Positions 1 to 10,897 of a DNA stretch of 64,000 nt are shown here, one piece after another. The DNA comes from Candidatus Marinacidobacterium sp. (GTDB lineage Bacteria; Acidobacteriota; Vicinamibacteria; Marinacidobacterales; Marinacidobacteraceae). Each line of letters starts with the position of its first letter. Position 1 is the first letter of the stretch. Position numbers and translations under genes: made by a program. The stretch is from NCBI GenBank assembly GCA_965250045.1, contig OZ252286.1:2034355-2098354 (forward strand). Reading direction: 5' to 3'. The notes under the pieces were generated by a model. The model did no database searches and was not told where the DNA came from. It was given only the letters and a program-made list of their open reading frames with translations.

Positions 1-671
1 GCCCCACCCGCGAGCCGCTCGACCCGGTGCGCTACCTGACGAACCGCTCCTCCGGCCGGATGGGTGCGGCGCTCGCGGCGGCCGCCGCGGCGCGGGGCGC
101 CGAAGTCACCCTCATCCTCGGCCCCACAACGCTCGAACCCGAAAACACCACTCGAGTCGTCCGGGTCGAGACCGCCGTCGAGATGCGGGACGCCGCTTTC
201 GCCGCCGCCGCCACCGCCGACGCGCTGATCATGGCGGCCGCCGTCGCCGACTTCCGCCCCGCCTCCAACTCCTCAACCAAGATCAAATCCGCCGGCCTCC
301 GGTACCGCACGGCCGCCGGCTCCATCCCCCTCGTCCCGAACCCCGACATCCTCGCCGAACTCGGCGCCGCCCGCGCCGACAACCCCGCCGCCGGCCCGAG
401 GGTGCTGGTCGGCTTCGCCGCCGAGACCGGCGACCCCGAAGCCGAGGCCCGGAGAAAGCTCGAAGCGAAGCAATGCGACCTGGTCGTCGGCAACCGGGTG
501 GGGCAGGGCCGGGTCTTCGGCCTCGACCAAACCCAGGCGGTGCTCGTCGAGCGCCCGGTTGGCGCTGCTGCCGGCGACTCCCCGTCGGTCAGCCGCCGGG
601 AACCCGAATCGAAGCGCTCGCTCGCGGACGCCGTCTGCGACATCGTCGCCCGCCGCCTCGCATCCGGCTGA
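1..671 (+). CDS. coaBC: 3' portion of bifunctional phosphopantothenoylcysteine decarboxylase / phosphopantothenate-cysteine ligase (CoaB domain); the 5' end lies before the window
   Basis: ORF 27..671 carries CoaB-like motifs (AAVADFRP, KIKS, NPDIL) and reads open to position 1; the start is outside the window. Confidence 0.65.
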   Translation, partial: PTREPLDPVRYLTNRSSGRMGAALAAAAAARGAEVTLILGPTTLEPENTTRVVRVETAVEMRDAAFAAAATADALIMAAAVADFRPASNSSTKIKSAGLRYRTAAGSIPLVPNPDILAELGAARADNPAAGPRVLVGFAAETGDPEAEARRKLEAKQCDLVVGNRVGQGRVFGLDQTQAVLVERPVGAAAGDSPSVSRREPESKRSLADAVCDIVARRLASG

Positions 672-709
672 CCACCCCGGGAAACGGAACCGCGCCCGCG
701 CCAAAAGCC

Positions 710-1426
710 ATGCCGCCACCGGGAAGCGACCTCCGCGCCCAGCTCGCGGCCCGCCTCCGCCTCCTCAAGAGCTACACCGACTTCCTCCCCACTCCCGCTC
801 CCCCGCCCCCCGCCGAGACTCCCGCCGAGTCCCCCGCCGAAACCCTCGACGCCATCTGGGCGGACCTCGACGGCTGCACCCGCTGCCGCCTTTCGGAAAA
901 GCGGCGCAACATCGTGTTCGGCGTCGGCCGGCCGGACGCCGACCTCATGTTCATCGGCGAAGGCCCCGGCGACAAAGAAGACCTCCAGGGCGAACCCTTC
1001 GTGGGCCGCGCCGGCGGGCTGCTGACCGAGATGATCGAGAAGTGCTTCGAGCGCCGCCGGTCCGACGTCTACATCGCGAACATCGTGAAGTGCCGCCCCC
1101 CAAAAAACCGCAACCCGCACGCCGACGAGGTCGCCACCTGCCTCCCGTTCCTGGAGCGGCAGATCGCCTCGATCCGCCCCCGGGTCATCTGCCTGCTCGG
1201 GAGCGTCGCGGTGAAGGCGCTCTTCCCCGGCGTCCGGGGCATCACGGCGGCCCGCGGGACGGTGTACGAGTTCGCCGGGATCCCGGTGGTGCCGACCTTC
1301 CACCCCGCCTACCTGCTCCGCGCCGACGGCGAGCGGCTCCAGAAGCTGAAGCGCCAGGTCCTCGACGACTCCCGCGTCGCGCTTGAGATCCTGGGGCGTC
1401 CGCGTCCGCCGGCGCCGGGCCCGTGA
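710..1426 (+). CDS. Uracil-DNA glycosylase, family 4 (UdgX-like)
   Basis: Motifs DGCTRC, GEGPG, HPAY and VKCRPP within ORF 473..1426; start moved to in-frame ATG 710 to avoid overlap with coaBC. Confidence 0.8.
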   Translation: MPPPGSDLRAQLAARLRLLKSYTDFLPTPAPPPPAETPAESPAETLDAIWADLDGCTRCRLSEKRRNIVFGVGRPDADLMFIGEGPGDKEDLQGEPFVGRAGGLLTEMIEKCFERRRSDVYIANIVKCRPPKNRNPHADEVATCLPFLERQIASIRPRVICLLGSVAVKALFPGVRGITAARGTVYEFAGIPVVPTFHPAYLLRADGERLQKLKRQVLDDSRVALEILGRPRPPAPGP

Positions 1427-1511
1427 AGGCCCCCACCGGAAGAACTGTGGCCGGCGGTTCCGCACCCCCGCGGCCACCGTGCCGGTGTGAACACCGGCGC
1501 TCCCACCTGAA

Positions 1512-3836
1512 TTGATTGCCGTTGAGGTCGCGGTTCCGCGCCCGCTGCCGGCCACCTTCACCTATGAGGCGCCGGCCTCCCTGCTGCACCCCGGCGAAAC
1601 CACGCTGCCCCCCGGCACCCGCGTGCGGGTCCCCTTCGGCCCCGGCGAGCTGACGGGCGTGGTGCTCGGCCCCGCCGACCCCCAAAAAACCAAACCCGGA
1701 GCCACCAACAAACTCACCCTCAAACCCATCCGCTCGCGCTTCGACGACCCGCTCCCGCCCCTCCCCGAAGACCTCCTCGCCCTCGCCCGCCGCCTCGCCG
1801 ACGCGACGGTCTGCCCGCTCGGCCTCGTCCTCCGGGCCATGCTCCCGGCCTCCCAGCCTCCCGGCCGAACCCTCCAGACCGCCCGGATCACCGCGGAGGG
1901 CTCCGCGCGCCTCGGCGAACCCGACGACCAACCCACCAAACACCTCCCCCGCCTGAGCCAGGACGACCGGCGCATCCTCACGCTGCTCGCCGTCTCCGGC
2001 GGCCCGGTGCCGCTGGTCCGGATCCGCCGCGAACTCGACCTCTCCCCCCGCCGGAGCTTCGCCCGCCTCGAGCGCGAGAGTTTCCTCGCCATCGCCGCCG
2101 AGCGCCTCTCCCCGGAGGTCAGAGATTCCACCCCCCCGACCACCGGACCCACCACCCCGCCGCCGCTCACCGCCCCCCAGCAAAAAGCGGCCGGCGCCCT
2201 CCGAAAAGCCCTCGCCGCCCGCACCTTCGGCGCCTTCCTGCTCGACGGGGTCACCGGCAGCGGCAAGACCGAGGTTTACTTCCAGGCGATCGCCGCCTGC
2301 CTCGAGACCGGCCGCAGCGCCCTCCTGCTCGTCCCCGAGATCGCGCTCGCCTCCCAGCAGGAAGCGCTCCTCCGCGCCCGCTTCGGCCCCGGCCCAACCA
2401 GCCCCGACACCCCCACCCCAACGACCACCACCCCCACCCCCGGCATCGCCGTCTTCCACAGCGGACTCGGCGCCGCCGAGCGCCGCACCGCCTTCTGGCG
2501 GATCCGCCGGGGCGAGGCGCGGATCGTGCTCGGGGCCCGCTCGGCGGTGCTCGCCCCCATCGACAACCTCGGGCTCGTGATCCTCGACGAGGAGCACGAC
2601 GCCGCCTACAAACAGGACGAGGCGCCGCGCTACCACGCCCGCCAAGCCGCCTGGCTCCGCGCCCGCGCCGCCGGCGCGACCATGATCCTCGGCTCGGCCA
2701 CCCCCTCGCTCGAAGCGGCCCACGCCGCCGACTCCGGCGCCCTCACCCGGCTCCGCCTCCCGGAACGAATCGCCGGCCGCCGGCTGCCCGAAGTCGAAAT
2801 CGTGGACATGCGCCCCCTCTTCCACGAGCACTACAAAAACCCCGCCCGCCGCGGGCCGCTGATCCTCTCCCCCGACCTCGAAACCGCGCTCAAGGAAACC
2901 GTCGCCGCCGGCCGGCAGGCGCTCGTCCTCCTGAACCGGCGCGGCTACGGAGGGCGGATGGCATGCCTGCGCTGCGGCGAGATCGTCGAATGCCGCCGCT
3001 GCGGCGTCGCGCTCACCCTCCACCGGCGCGGGAGCCTCGCCGTCTGTCACGCCTGCGGGGTTGGGATGGCGCCGCCCGAGGAATGCCCGGCCTGCGGCGG
3101 TGACGTGCTCCGCTCCGAGGGCTTCGGAACCGAGCGCGTGGAGGAGGAGGTGTCCCGTCTCCTCCCCGACGTCCGGGTCGAGCGCTTCGACCGGGACACC
3201 ACCCGCGCCCGCGGCAGCCACGCCCGGACGCTCGACGCCTTCCGGCGGGGCGAGACCCGGGTGCTGGTGGGGACGCAGATGATCGCGAAGGGTCACGACT
3301 TCCCCGCCGTCACCTTGGTCGGGGTGGTGGCCGCCGACGGAGGGCTCGGCGCGCCCGATTTCCGGGCCGCCGAACGCACCTTCCAGCTCCTCACCCAAGT
3401 GGCGGGGCGGGCGGGCCGCGGGGAGAGCCCCGGCCGGGTCCTGATCCAGACGATGAAGCCCGACCACTACGCGGTCGCCGCCGCCGCCCGGCAGGATTAC
3501 CCGGCGTTCTTCGCCGTCGAGCGGGAGATGCGGCGCCGCTTCCGCTACCCCCCGTTCGTGCGCCTCGCGAGCCTCACGGTGACCGCGCGCACCTCGCGCC
3601 GCGCCGAGGCCGCGGCCGCCGAACTCGCCGAAAACCTCGCCACTCCGGACGCTCCCGCGTCGATCGAAATCGTCGGGCCGGCGCCCGCTCCGGGGCCCCG
3701 TCCGGAGGAGTTTTCACGCTGGCAGATGCTCGTCAAGGCGGCGCCCGCGGAACACCCTGCGCTTCGTCGGCGTCTTCGCCGCCTTCTGGAGGTCCCGGCG
3801 CTCGCCCGCGGACTTACCATCAACGACGATCCCTAG
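1512..3836 (+). CDS. priA: Primosomal protein N' (PriA helicase)
   Basis: Walker A GVTGSGKTEVY, DExH region and Cys4 zinc fingers (CLRCGEIVECRRCG, CHACG..CPACG); TTG start; 774 aa. Confidence 0.9.
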   Translation: MIAVEVAVPRPLPATFTYEAPASLLHPGETTLPPGTRVRVPFGPGELTGVVLGPADPQKTKPGATNKLTLKPIRSRFDDPLPPLPEDLLALARRLADATVCPLGLVLRAMLPASQPPGRTLQTARITAEGSARLGEPDDQPTKHLPRLSQDDRRILTLLAVSGGPVPLVRIRRELDLSPRRSFARLERESFLAIAAERLSPEVRDSTPPTTGPTTPPPLTAPQQKAAGALRKALAARTFGAFLLDGVTGSGKTEVYFQAIAACLETGRSALLLVPEIALASQQEALLRARFGPGPTSPDTPTPTTTTPTPGIAVFHSGLGAAERRTAFWRIRRGEARIVLGARSAVLAPIDNLGLVILDEEHDAAYKQDEAPRYHARQAAWLRARAAGATMILGSATPSLEAAHAADSGALTRLRLPERIAGRRLPEVEIVDMRPLFHEHYKNPARRGPLILSPDLETALKETVAAGRQALVLLNRRGYGGRMACLRCGEIVECRRCGVALTLHRRGSLAVCHACGVGMAPPEECPACGGDVLRSEGFGTERVEEEVSRLLPDVRVERFDRDTTRARGSHARTLDAFRRGETRVLVGTQMIAKGHDFPAVTLVGVVAADGGLGAPDFRAAERTFQLLTQVAGRAGRGESPGRVLIQTMKPDHYAVAAAARQDYPAFFAVEREMRRRFRYPPFVRLASLTVTARTSRRAEAAAAELAENLATPDAPASIEIVGPAPAPGPRPEEFSRWQMLVKAAPAEHPALRRRLRRLLEVPALARGLTINDDP

Positions 3837-3934
3837 GAAATGCCGGGCCTCCGTCCCGCCCTGCCGCTAAGAAGCGCCGAACCCTGCGGAGAGTCAGACC
3901 CTTGGAAATGGCGTTGCGCGCTCCGTACCGGAGG

Positions 3935-3950
3935 AATTACAAACGTAATT
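3935..3950. promoter_or_regulatory. Perfect palindrome AATTACaaacGTAATT in an AT-rich spacer upstream of the HU gene
   Basis: Read directly; 16-bp dyad ~90 bp upstream of ATG 4042 in an otherwise GC-rich genome. Confidence 0.35.
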
Positions 3951-4041
3951 TACGGTGCTCATCCATTGCCCTGCCGACACCTTTTCATGCTTGGGATCGC
4001 ATGCGACAGGCATGCTGCGTTTCGCATACCATGCCGCCGCC

Positions 4042-4311
4042 ATGGTGAAGGCAGACCTTATCAATCGGGCGATGGCGGTCACGGATTTGTCGGCCCAGGA
4101 CGCCCGCGACGCCGTAGAGGCGCTCTTCGAGGGACTCCGGGCGGGTCTTGAACGCGGTGAGCGCGTTGTGCTGCGGAGGTTCGGCGTGTTCTACGCCGCT
4201 CCGCGCAAGACGGGGGTGGCGCGAAATCCGCGCACTGGCGAACCGGTGGGCATCCCCCGGGGACGGGTGGTGCGCTTCCGTCCCAGTCAGAACCTCCGCG
4301 GAGGTTCCTGA
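4042..4311 (+). CDS. HU/IHF-family DNA-binding protein
   Basis: MVKADLINRAMAVTDLS...RNPRTGEPVGIP..VRFRPSQ matches the HU fold signature; in-frame ATG 4042 gives the canonical ~90 aa. Confidence 0.8.
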   Translation: MVKADLINRAMAVTDLSAQDARDAVEALFEGLRAGLERGERVVLRRFGVFYAAPRKTGVARNPRTGEPVGIPRGRVVRFRPSQNLRGGS

Positions 4312-4473
4312 CCCCCAGTCGGGGGAAGACCGGGGGAACGACCGGGGGAAACCGGGGCGAAAGTGTGAGGGGGGCTTGTCCCCCGTTTCACGACACCGGG
4401 GCGCTACTGTCCACGCGCTTCAGTGCCTGACTACGAACCTCCTGGCGTGCCCCCGGCCCGGACCGCGCGACGC

Positions 4474-5820
4474 ATGAAAACCGCGACGCTGTTCGGGCGG
4501 CCGAACGTCGGGAAGTCCACCCTCTTCAACCGCATCGTCGGCGGGCGCCCCGCCATCGTCCATGCCCGGCCCGGCTCCACTCGTGATGGCCGGCTGGAGC
4601 CGGTCGATTGGTGCGGCGTCACCTTCCGTCTCCACGACACCGGCGGGGCGGGGGCGCCGGACGCCTCGCCCTTCGCCCGCGAGATCCGGGCCCTCGCCGA
4701 GAGCACGGCGGCCCGGAGCGACATCGTTGTCTTTATGGTGGACGCCCGCGCGGGCCTGACTCCCGCGGACGAGGAACTCGCCGACGCGCTCCGCCGGGAA
4801 CCGGGCGGCCCCCCGGTGGTGCTCGTCGCGAACAAGGCCGAGGGGGTCCACGAGGCGGGAGCGGTCGAGTTCCACGCGCTCGGGCTCGGGGACCCGTTCC
4901 CGATCTCCGCCGAGCACGGCCTCGGGATCGCCGAGGTGCTCGACCGCATCGTCGAGATCCTCGCCCCGGCTTCCGAGGACTCCGCCGCGGAGGACGAGGA
5001 GGCCCTCCGGGTGGCGATCGTCGGCCGCGCGAACGTCGGGAAGTCCACGCTGCTGAACCGCTTCGTCGGCTACGAGCGCGCCCTGGTCTCGGCCGTCGCC
5101 GGCACTACCCGCGACCCAGTGGACGAGCGGCTCGAGGTCGGCGGCCGCGAAGTCGTGCTGGTGGACACCGCCGGTATCCGCCGGAGCGCCCGCCGCCGGC
5201 CGGTCGAGGGATTCGAGGAGGCGGACGCTCTCGCCGTGCTGATGTCGGAGAAGGCCATCCGCCGCGCGGGGGTGTCCTTATTAATTGCTGATGCGGTGAA
5301 AGGCCCCACCGCACGGGATGCCCAGATCGCCCGGCTGATCGAGGACGCCGGCGGTGCGGTGGTGATCCTGCTGAACCGGTGGGACCTCGTGACCTCCCGT
5401 GCGGCCCGCTGGGCGGAACTCGGTCTCGACGTGCGGGAGCGTCTCCGGCACATCGGCCACGCGCCCATGCTGCGCATGTCGGCGATGACCGGGCAGGGGG
5501 TGGACGCGATCTGGAAGTCGGTCTTCCGCGTCGCGGCGGAGGGAACGAAGCGCATCTCCACCCCGGAGGTGAACCGGTTCCTGGCCCGCGCCTCGCAGCG
5601 CTTCGCCCCCCGTTCGCGCCGGGGCAAGGAGGTGAAGCTCCTCTACGGCTTCCAGTCGGGCGTGACGCCGCCCCGGTTCCGGGTGTTCACGAACTGCCGC
5701 CGCGCGGACATCCTGCCCACCTACCCGCGCTTCCTCATCGGCGAACTCCGCCGCCGCTACGGCTTCGCCGGCACCCCGGTCCGCCTCACCCTCGAGTACA
5801 AGAAAAAACTCTCCCGTTAG
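4474..5820 (+). CDS. der: Ribosome-biogenesis GTPase Der (EngA), two G domains
   Basis: Two P-loops (GRPNVGKSTLFN, GRANVGKSTLLN), DTAG motifs and a KH-like C-terminus; ATG 4474 (MKTATLFG) preferred over GTG 4423. Confidence 0.9.
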   Translation: MKTATLFGRPNVGKSTLFNRIVGGRPAIVHARPGSTRDGRLEPVDWCGVTFRLHDTGGAGAPDASPFAREIRALAESTAARSDIVVFMVDARAGLTPADEELADALRREPGGPPVVLVANKAEGVHEAGAVEFHALGLGDPFPISAEHGLGIAEVLDRIVEILAPASEDSAAEDEEALRVAIVGRANVGKSTLLNRFVGYERALVSAVAGTTRDPVDERLEVGGREVVLVDTAGIRRSARRRPVEGFEEADALAVLMSEKAIRRAGVSLLIADAVKGPTARDAQIARLIEDAGGAVVILLNRWDLVTSRAARWAELGLDVRERLRHIGHAPMLRMSAMTGQGVDAIWKSVFRVAAEGTKRISTPEVNRFLARASQRFAPRSRRGKEVKLLYGFQSGVTPPRFRVFTNCRRADILPTYPRFLIGELRRRYGFAGTPVRLTLEYKKKLSR

Positions 5821-5825
5821 GCGCA

Positions 5826-5853
5826 GGGAACGCCGGTCTTCAGACCGGCACGC
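5826..5853. repeat. Family-A hairpin motif (GGGAACGCC-GGTCttcaGACC-GGCAC variant)
   Basis: Matches the 25-bp family-A motif seen at >=10 loci in this window. Confidence 0.5.
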
Positions 5854-6035
5854 GTGGTCCGCAGGACCGCGCAACGGGCGTACAGCCGTCCTCTTTCACG
5901 GCGCACCGGGAGGTAACGCCGCCCCCCCCGCGGCCCGGTGGGACGCGGGGGGAGGTAACGCCGTCTTCACTGCCGTACAATTCGTGAAGTCCCCCTCCCC
6001 CCCACAAGAAAGGAAGGGCGGAACGGATTTCAACA

Positions 6036-6314
6036 TTGAACAAGGCGGATCTGGCAGCGGCCGTCCGAAGCTTCCACGGCGGCGTTACCGGCGCCGAGGC
6101 CCTCCGGATCGTGGACACCATCTTCCAAAGCGCGGCGGACGGCCTGGCCACCGGCAACACGCTCCGAATCCGGCGGTTCGGATCGCTCGAGGTCCGCTCG
6201 CGCCGTCCCCGGCGGGGCGGTGATCTCCGCACCGGGCGTGTTTTCGTCTCCGCGGCCCACCGGACGCCGTTCTTCCGCCCCGCCCGCGAGCTCCTGAGGA
6301 ATCTTCAATCGTGA
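6036..6314 (+). CDS. IHF/HU-family DNA-binding protein (IHF-alpha-like)
   Basis: MNKADLAAAV...GDLRTGRVF..HRTPFFRPARELL; TTG start; followed by a MerR-family gene as in ihfA neighbourhoods. Confidence 0.75.
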   Translation: MNKADLAAAVRSFHGGVTGAEALRIVDTIFQSAADGLATGNTLRIRRFGSLEVRSRRPRRGGDLRTGRVFVSAAHRTPFFRPARELLRNLQS

Positions 6315-6730
6315 TGGCGGCGAGGGACGGCGGGCTCCAGATTCCGAACAAGCTCTACTTCCGGATCGGCGAGGTCAGCGAGATCACCGGGGTGCAGCCA
6401 TACACCCTCCGTCACTGGGAGATGGAGTTCCCGACGCTGAGCCCCAAGAAGAACGATTCGGGCCAGCGTCTCTACCGCAAGGAAGACATCGAGATGGTGA
6501 ACACCATCCAGCGGCTCCTGCACAGCGAGGGATACACCACCGCGGGCGCCCGTCGCCTGTTGAGTGCGAAGCGCGGAACGCGTCCGGCGGTCCCGAAGCC
6601 TCCTCCCCCGCCCCCGAAACCCGACCCACCGCGCCTCTCGCCGGCCGCGCTCGAAGCGGTGACCGCGGCTCTCGAATTGATGGACCGGAACGACGAGCGG
6701 ATCGCCCGCCTGGAGGCCCCGGAGGACTAG
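6311..6730 (+). CDS. MerR-family transcriptional regulator
   Basis: HTH YFRIGEVSEITGVQPYTLRHWE; 4-nt overlap with the upstream IHF gene. Confidence 0.8.
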   Translation: MMAARDGGLQIPNKLYFRIGEVSEITGVQPYTLRHWEMEFPTLSPKKNDSGQRLYRKEDIEMVNTIQRLLHSEGYTTAGARRLLSAKRGTRPAVPKPPPPPPKPDPPRLSPAALEAVTAALELMDRNDERIARLEAPED

Positions 6731-6746
6731 AATCCGAACGATCCGT

Positions 6747-6823
6747 CGGGACGTGGCGCAGTCTGGTAGCGCACTTGCTTGGGGTGCAAGTGGTCGTCGG
6801 TTCAAATCCGGCCGTCCCGACCA
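6747..6823 (+). tRNA. tRNA-Pro (anticodon GGG)
   Basis: Hand-folded cloverleaf: acceptor CGGGACG/CGTCCCG, anticodon stem CTTGC/GCAAG with loop TTGGGGT, T-loop GGTTCAAATCC, encoded CCA. Confidence 0.85.
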
Positions 6824-6901
6824 CCAAGCGGTTCGGGAGTGGGGGCACTGTCTGGAGTGGCCTCGGATTGTGAAGGCAACCGGCGTTGAGCCCCCACTCC
6901 C

Positions 6902-7069
6902 CCGAACCGCCCGGCGCTTCGCGCCGGGAATCGCAAATCCCTTGCGCGCCGTAGGCGCGCGGCGGCGAGTTCCGATTCGTATTGCCTTTTTGTGAAAGGG
7001 GGGCGGTGGCCCCCCTTTCACACTTTCCCCCCGGTCACGCCGGCGGCGAACCGGAGGTTCGCCGCCTTT
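6902..7069 (+). repeat. Family-C structured repeat (copy 1): four hairpins ending in a GC hairpin plus T-run (terminator-like)
   Basis: Near-identical to 61470..61643 and to the 5' part at 39288..39362; ends GCGGCGAACCggagGTTCGCCGCC + TTTGTTTTTTT. Confidence 0.6.
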
Positions 7070-7279
7070 GTTTTTTTGGCGCGGTCGGCCAAGCCGGATT
7101 TCTCATACTCACGGTCGCAGGAAGGGTTCAACTTGCCGCAACTTGTTGACAATCCGAACAGTTCTTCGTGAAGCTCAGACTCCCGAACGGCGCGCTGGTC
7201 AGGGACCGCCGACCTTGGGCAGTTGCTGTGAAAATGCAGTTGCGCCTAGCCCCCGAAAGAGCGGGTGGCGCGCAGGCAC

Positions 7280-7304
7280 GGGAACGCCGACTTCTGGTCG
7301 GCAC
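7280..7304. repeat. Family-A 25-bp hairpin motif
   Basis: GGGAACGCCGACTTCTGGTCGGCAC. Confidence 0.6.
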
Positions 7305-7496
7305 GCGCGGGAGCGCGAAACCAGCGCCGATGACGCTGCGCCTTACCAACCTGAGGGCAGCACCCTCTTTCAACCCCGGATGGCGCAACCCCGCACTCGG
7401 TGAAGCTGCGCGGCGATCCTTGGTGCTGTCTGCGCCATGGGTGACAGCAGCATTGCGCCACTCGCCCGCCTCCGGCGGGCTGTGCCGGCCGCCACC

Positions 7497-7590
7497 GGGA
7501 GAACTGGCCGGAGGTCGGCGTTCCCTTGCCTGCGCGCCATCGTGCTGGCCGGAGGTCGGCGTTCCCTTGCCTGCGCGCCACCGTGCCGGC
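7497..7590. repeat. Two tandem inverted-orientation family-A units (41-bp period)
   Basis: CCGGAGGTCGGCGTTCCCTTGCCTGCGCGCCA repeated twice in tandem. Confidence 0.6.
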
Positions 7591-7802
7591 CCTCCCCGGG
7601 AGAACCGCCCGCGGCTCATCTTCGTTTCCATCCGTTGATTCCTCCCCGTGAATACCAAGCCTTCGCACCAGCTCGGCGCCCCCCCAAGCCCGGCGCAGAA
7701 GACAAAATCCGGCGCACCGCGGCGCGCCTTCTCCCACCCCCGACAGCTACGCCGACCCGCAATCCGGCGCTCCTTTTCCCCGCTACAATCCCACCCGGCC
7801 GC

Positions 7803-7876
7803 CGGGGCGTGGCTCAGTCTGGCAGAGCACCTGGTTCGGGATCAGGGGGTCGCAGGTTCAAATCCTGCCGCCCCGA
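7803..7876 (+). tRNA. tRNA-Pro (anticodon CGG)
   Basis: Acceptor CGGGGCG/CGCCCCG, D-arm GCTCAGTCTGGCAGAGC, anticodon loop TTCGGGA, T-loop GGTTCAAATCC; CCA not encoded; GC hairpin 7882..7898 follows. Confidence 0.85.
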
Positions 7877-8354
7877 CGCGGCCCGTCCCCCGGACGGGTT
7901 CCGGCCCCGAGGCGGCCACGGCATCCGGCTGGCTGCTTCGGACGCATTCTTTCCGCCCTTTCCCATCCCGGGATCGGGCACTCATTTCGGCACTCATCTA
8001 AGGACCAAAACATGTATATTCCGGCGTTCTTGCCGGAGACGGTTTGTCCCGGCGAGTGCACTTTATGTTGCCCTTGCTTCTTGACATTCCCAAATCGGAT
8101 GTGATGGAGTTAGCCCGCATGTTCGCCCCGAGCACCCCTGCCTATTCAACGGTCAGGGTGCGTTCGGAGGCTCACCTCGCTGGGTCCTTGCCCCTTGGTC
8201 CGACCGCGCATATACTTGCCGCGCGGTTGGCTGGTGCGGGAACGCGGCGGTTTGCCTTGTCCTACCAGAGGTGGGAATGAATACACGAGACGGTGCTTAG
8301 CCCCTTCGGGGCTTTGAACTTGTCCCCAACGACCTACTACAGGAGGTAGGCGAA

Positions 8355-10343
<1,989 letters not shown>

Positions 10344-10384
10344 TCGGAGCTTCTCGATAGTCAGCGATCTCCGCTGACTCTGGA

Positions 10385-10422
10385 CCCCGGGGCCTTCCGG
10401 CCCCGGGGTCCTCCTTTTATTG
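10385..10422 (+). terminator. Rho-independent terminator after the lipoprotein gene
   Basis: CCCCGGGGCCttccGGCCCCGGGG hairpin followed by TCCTCCTTTTATT. Confidence 0.7.
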
Positions 10423-10897
10423 GCGCAGTTGAAGACGACGGCGACGGGCCGAAAGGCCGATTTCTTCGCCCCCAGAAGTCATCGAGTCGGTTGGAGACAT
10501 GGCGGATCGGAGGGCGATGACGGCTTTGGCGCCGGAGACGGTCCGTTGCATTCCGCCGCCTTTCCGTCCGCCTTCGATGACGCTCTTGCAGCCGCCTTCC
10601 ACGACGCGGTGATGACACACAGACCTTGGCCCCGGAAGGCGGGGCGCCGCATTCTCCGGCGGTTGTTGCAGTCGAGGGACCTGCGCGCCTCTTCGGAGGA
10701 GTCGGCGCGCCCGTCGAGGGCGGCGAGGAGTTCGGGGGAGCGGTCCCGGTCAGTTCGTAGCGGACTTGCGCCGGCGTCCGGTGCCTCCGGTCTCGGGGTA
10801 GCGTTCCGACCCGCAAGGGTGCTAATCTCCCGCACACAGTTATGTCTACATGGGCCAAGACGTTGGTTCCATCGCACCGCACCGGGAGGTAGGTGGC

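Noticed and set aside
473-709. ATG 473 as UDG start
   Set aside because: Would overlap coaBC by ~200 nt and add an Arg/Pro/Gly-rich N-terminus; in-frame ATG 710 sits just after the coaBC stop.
32-3467. Long minus-strand ORFs 32..1561 (509 aa) and 1242..3467 (741 aa) antisense to coaBC / UDG / priA
   Set aside because: Translations are Arg/Gly/Ala/Pro-rich low-complexity text typical of antisense frames in ~70% GC DNA; the sense-strand genes have clear conserved motifs.
4423-4473. GTG 4423 as der start (17-aa N-terminal extension)
   Set aside because: ATG 4474 yields the canonical MK..(A/V)..GRPNVGKS N-terminus directly; the extension is Pro/Arg-rich and likely spurious.
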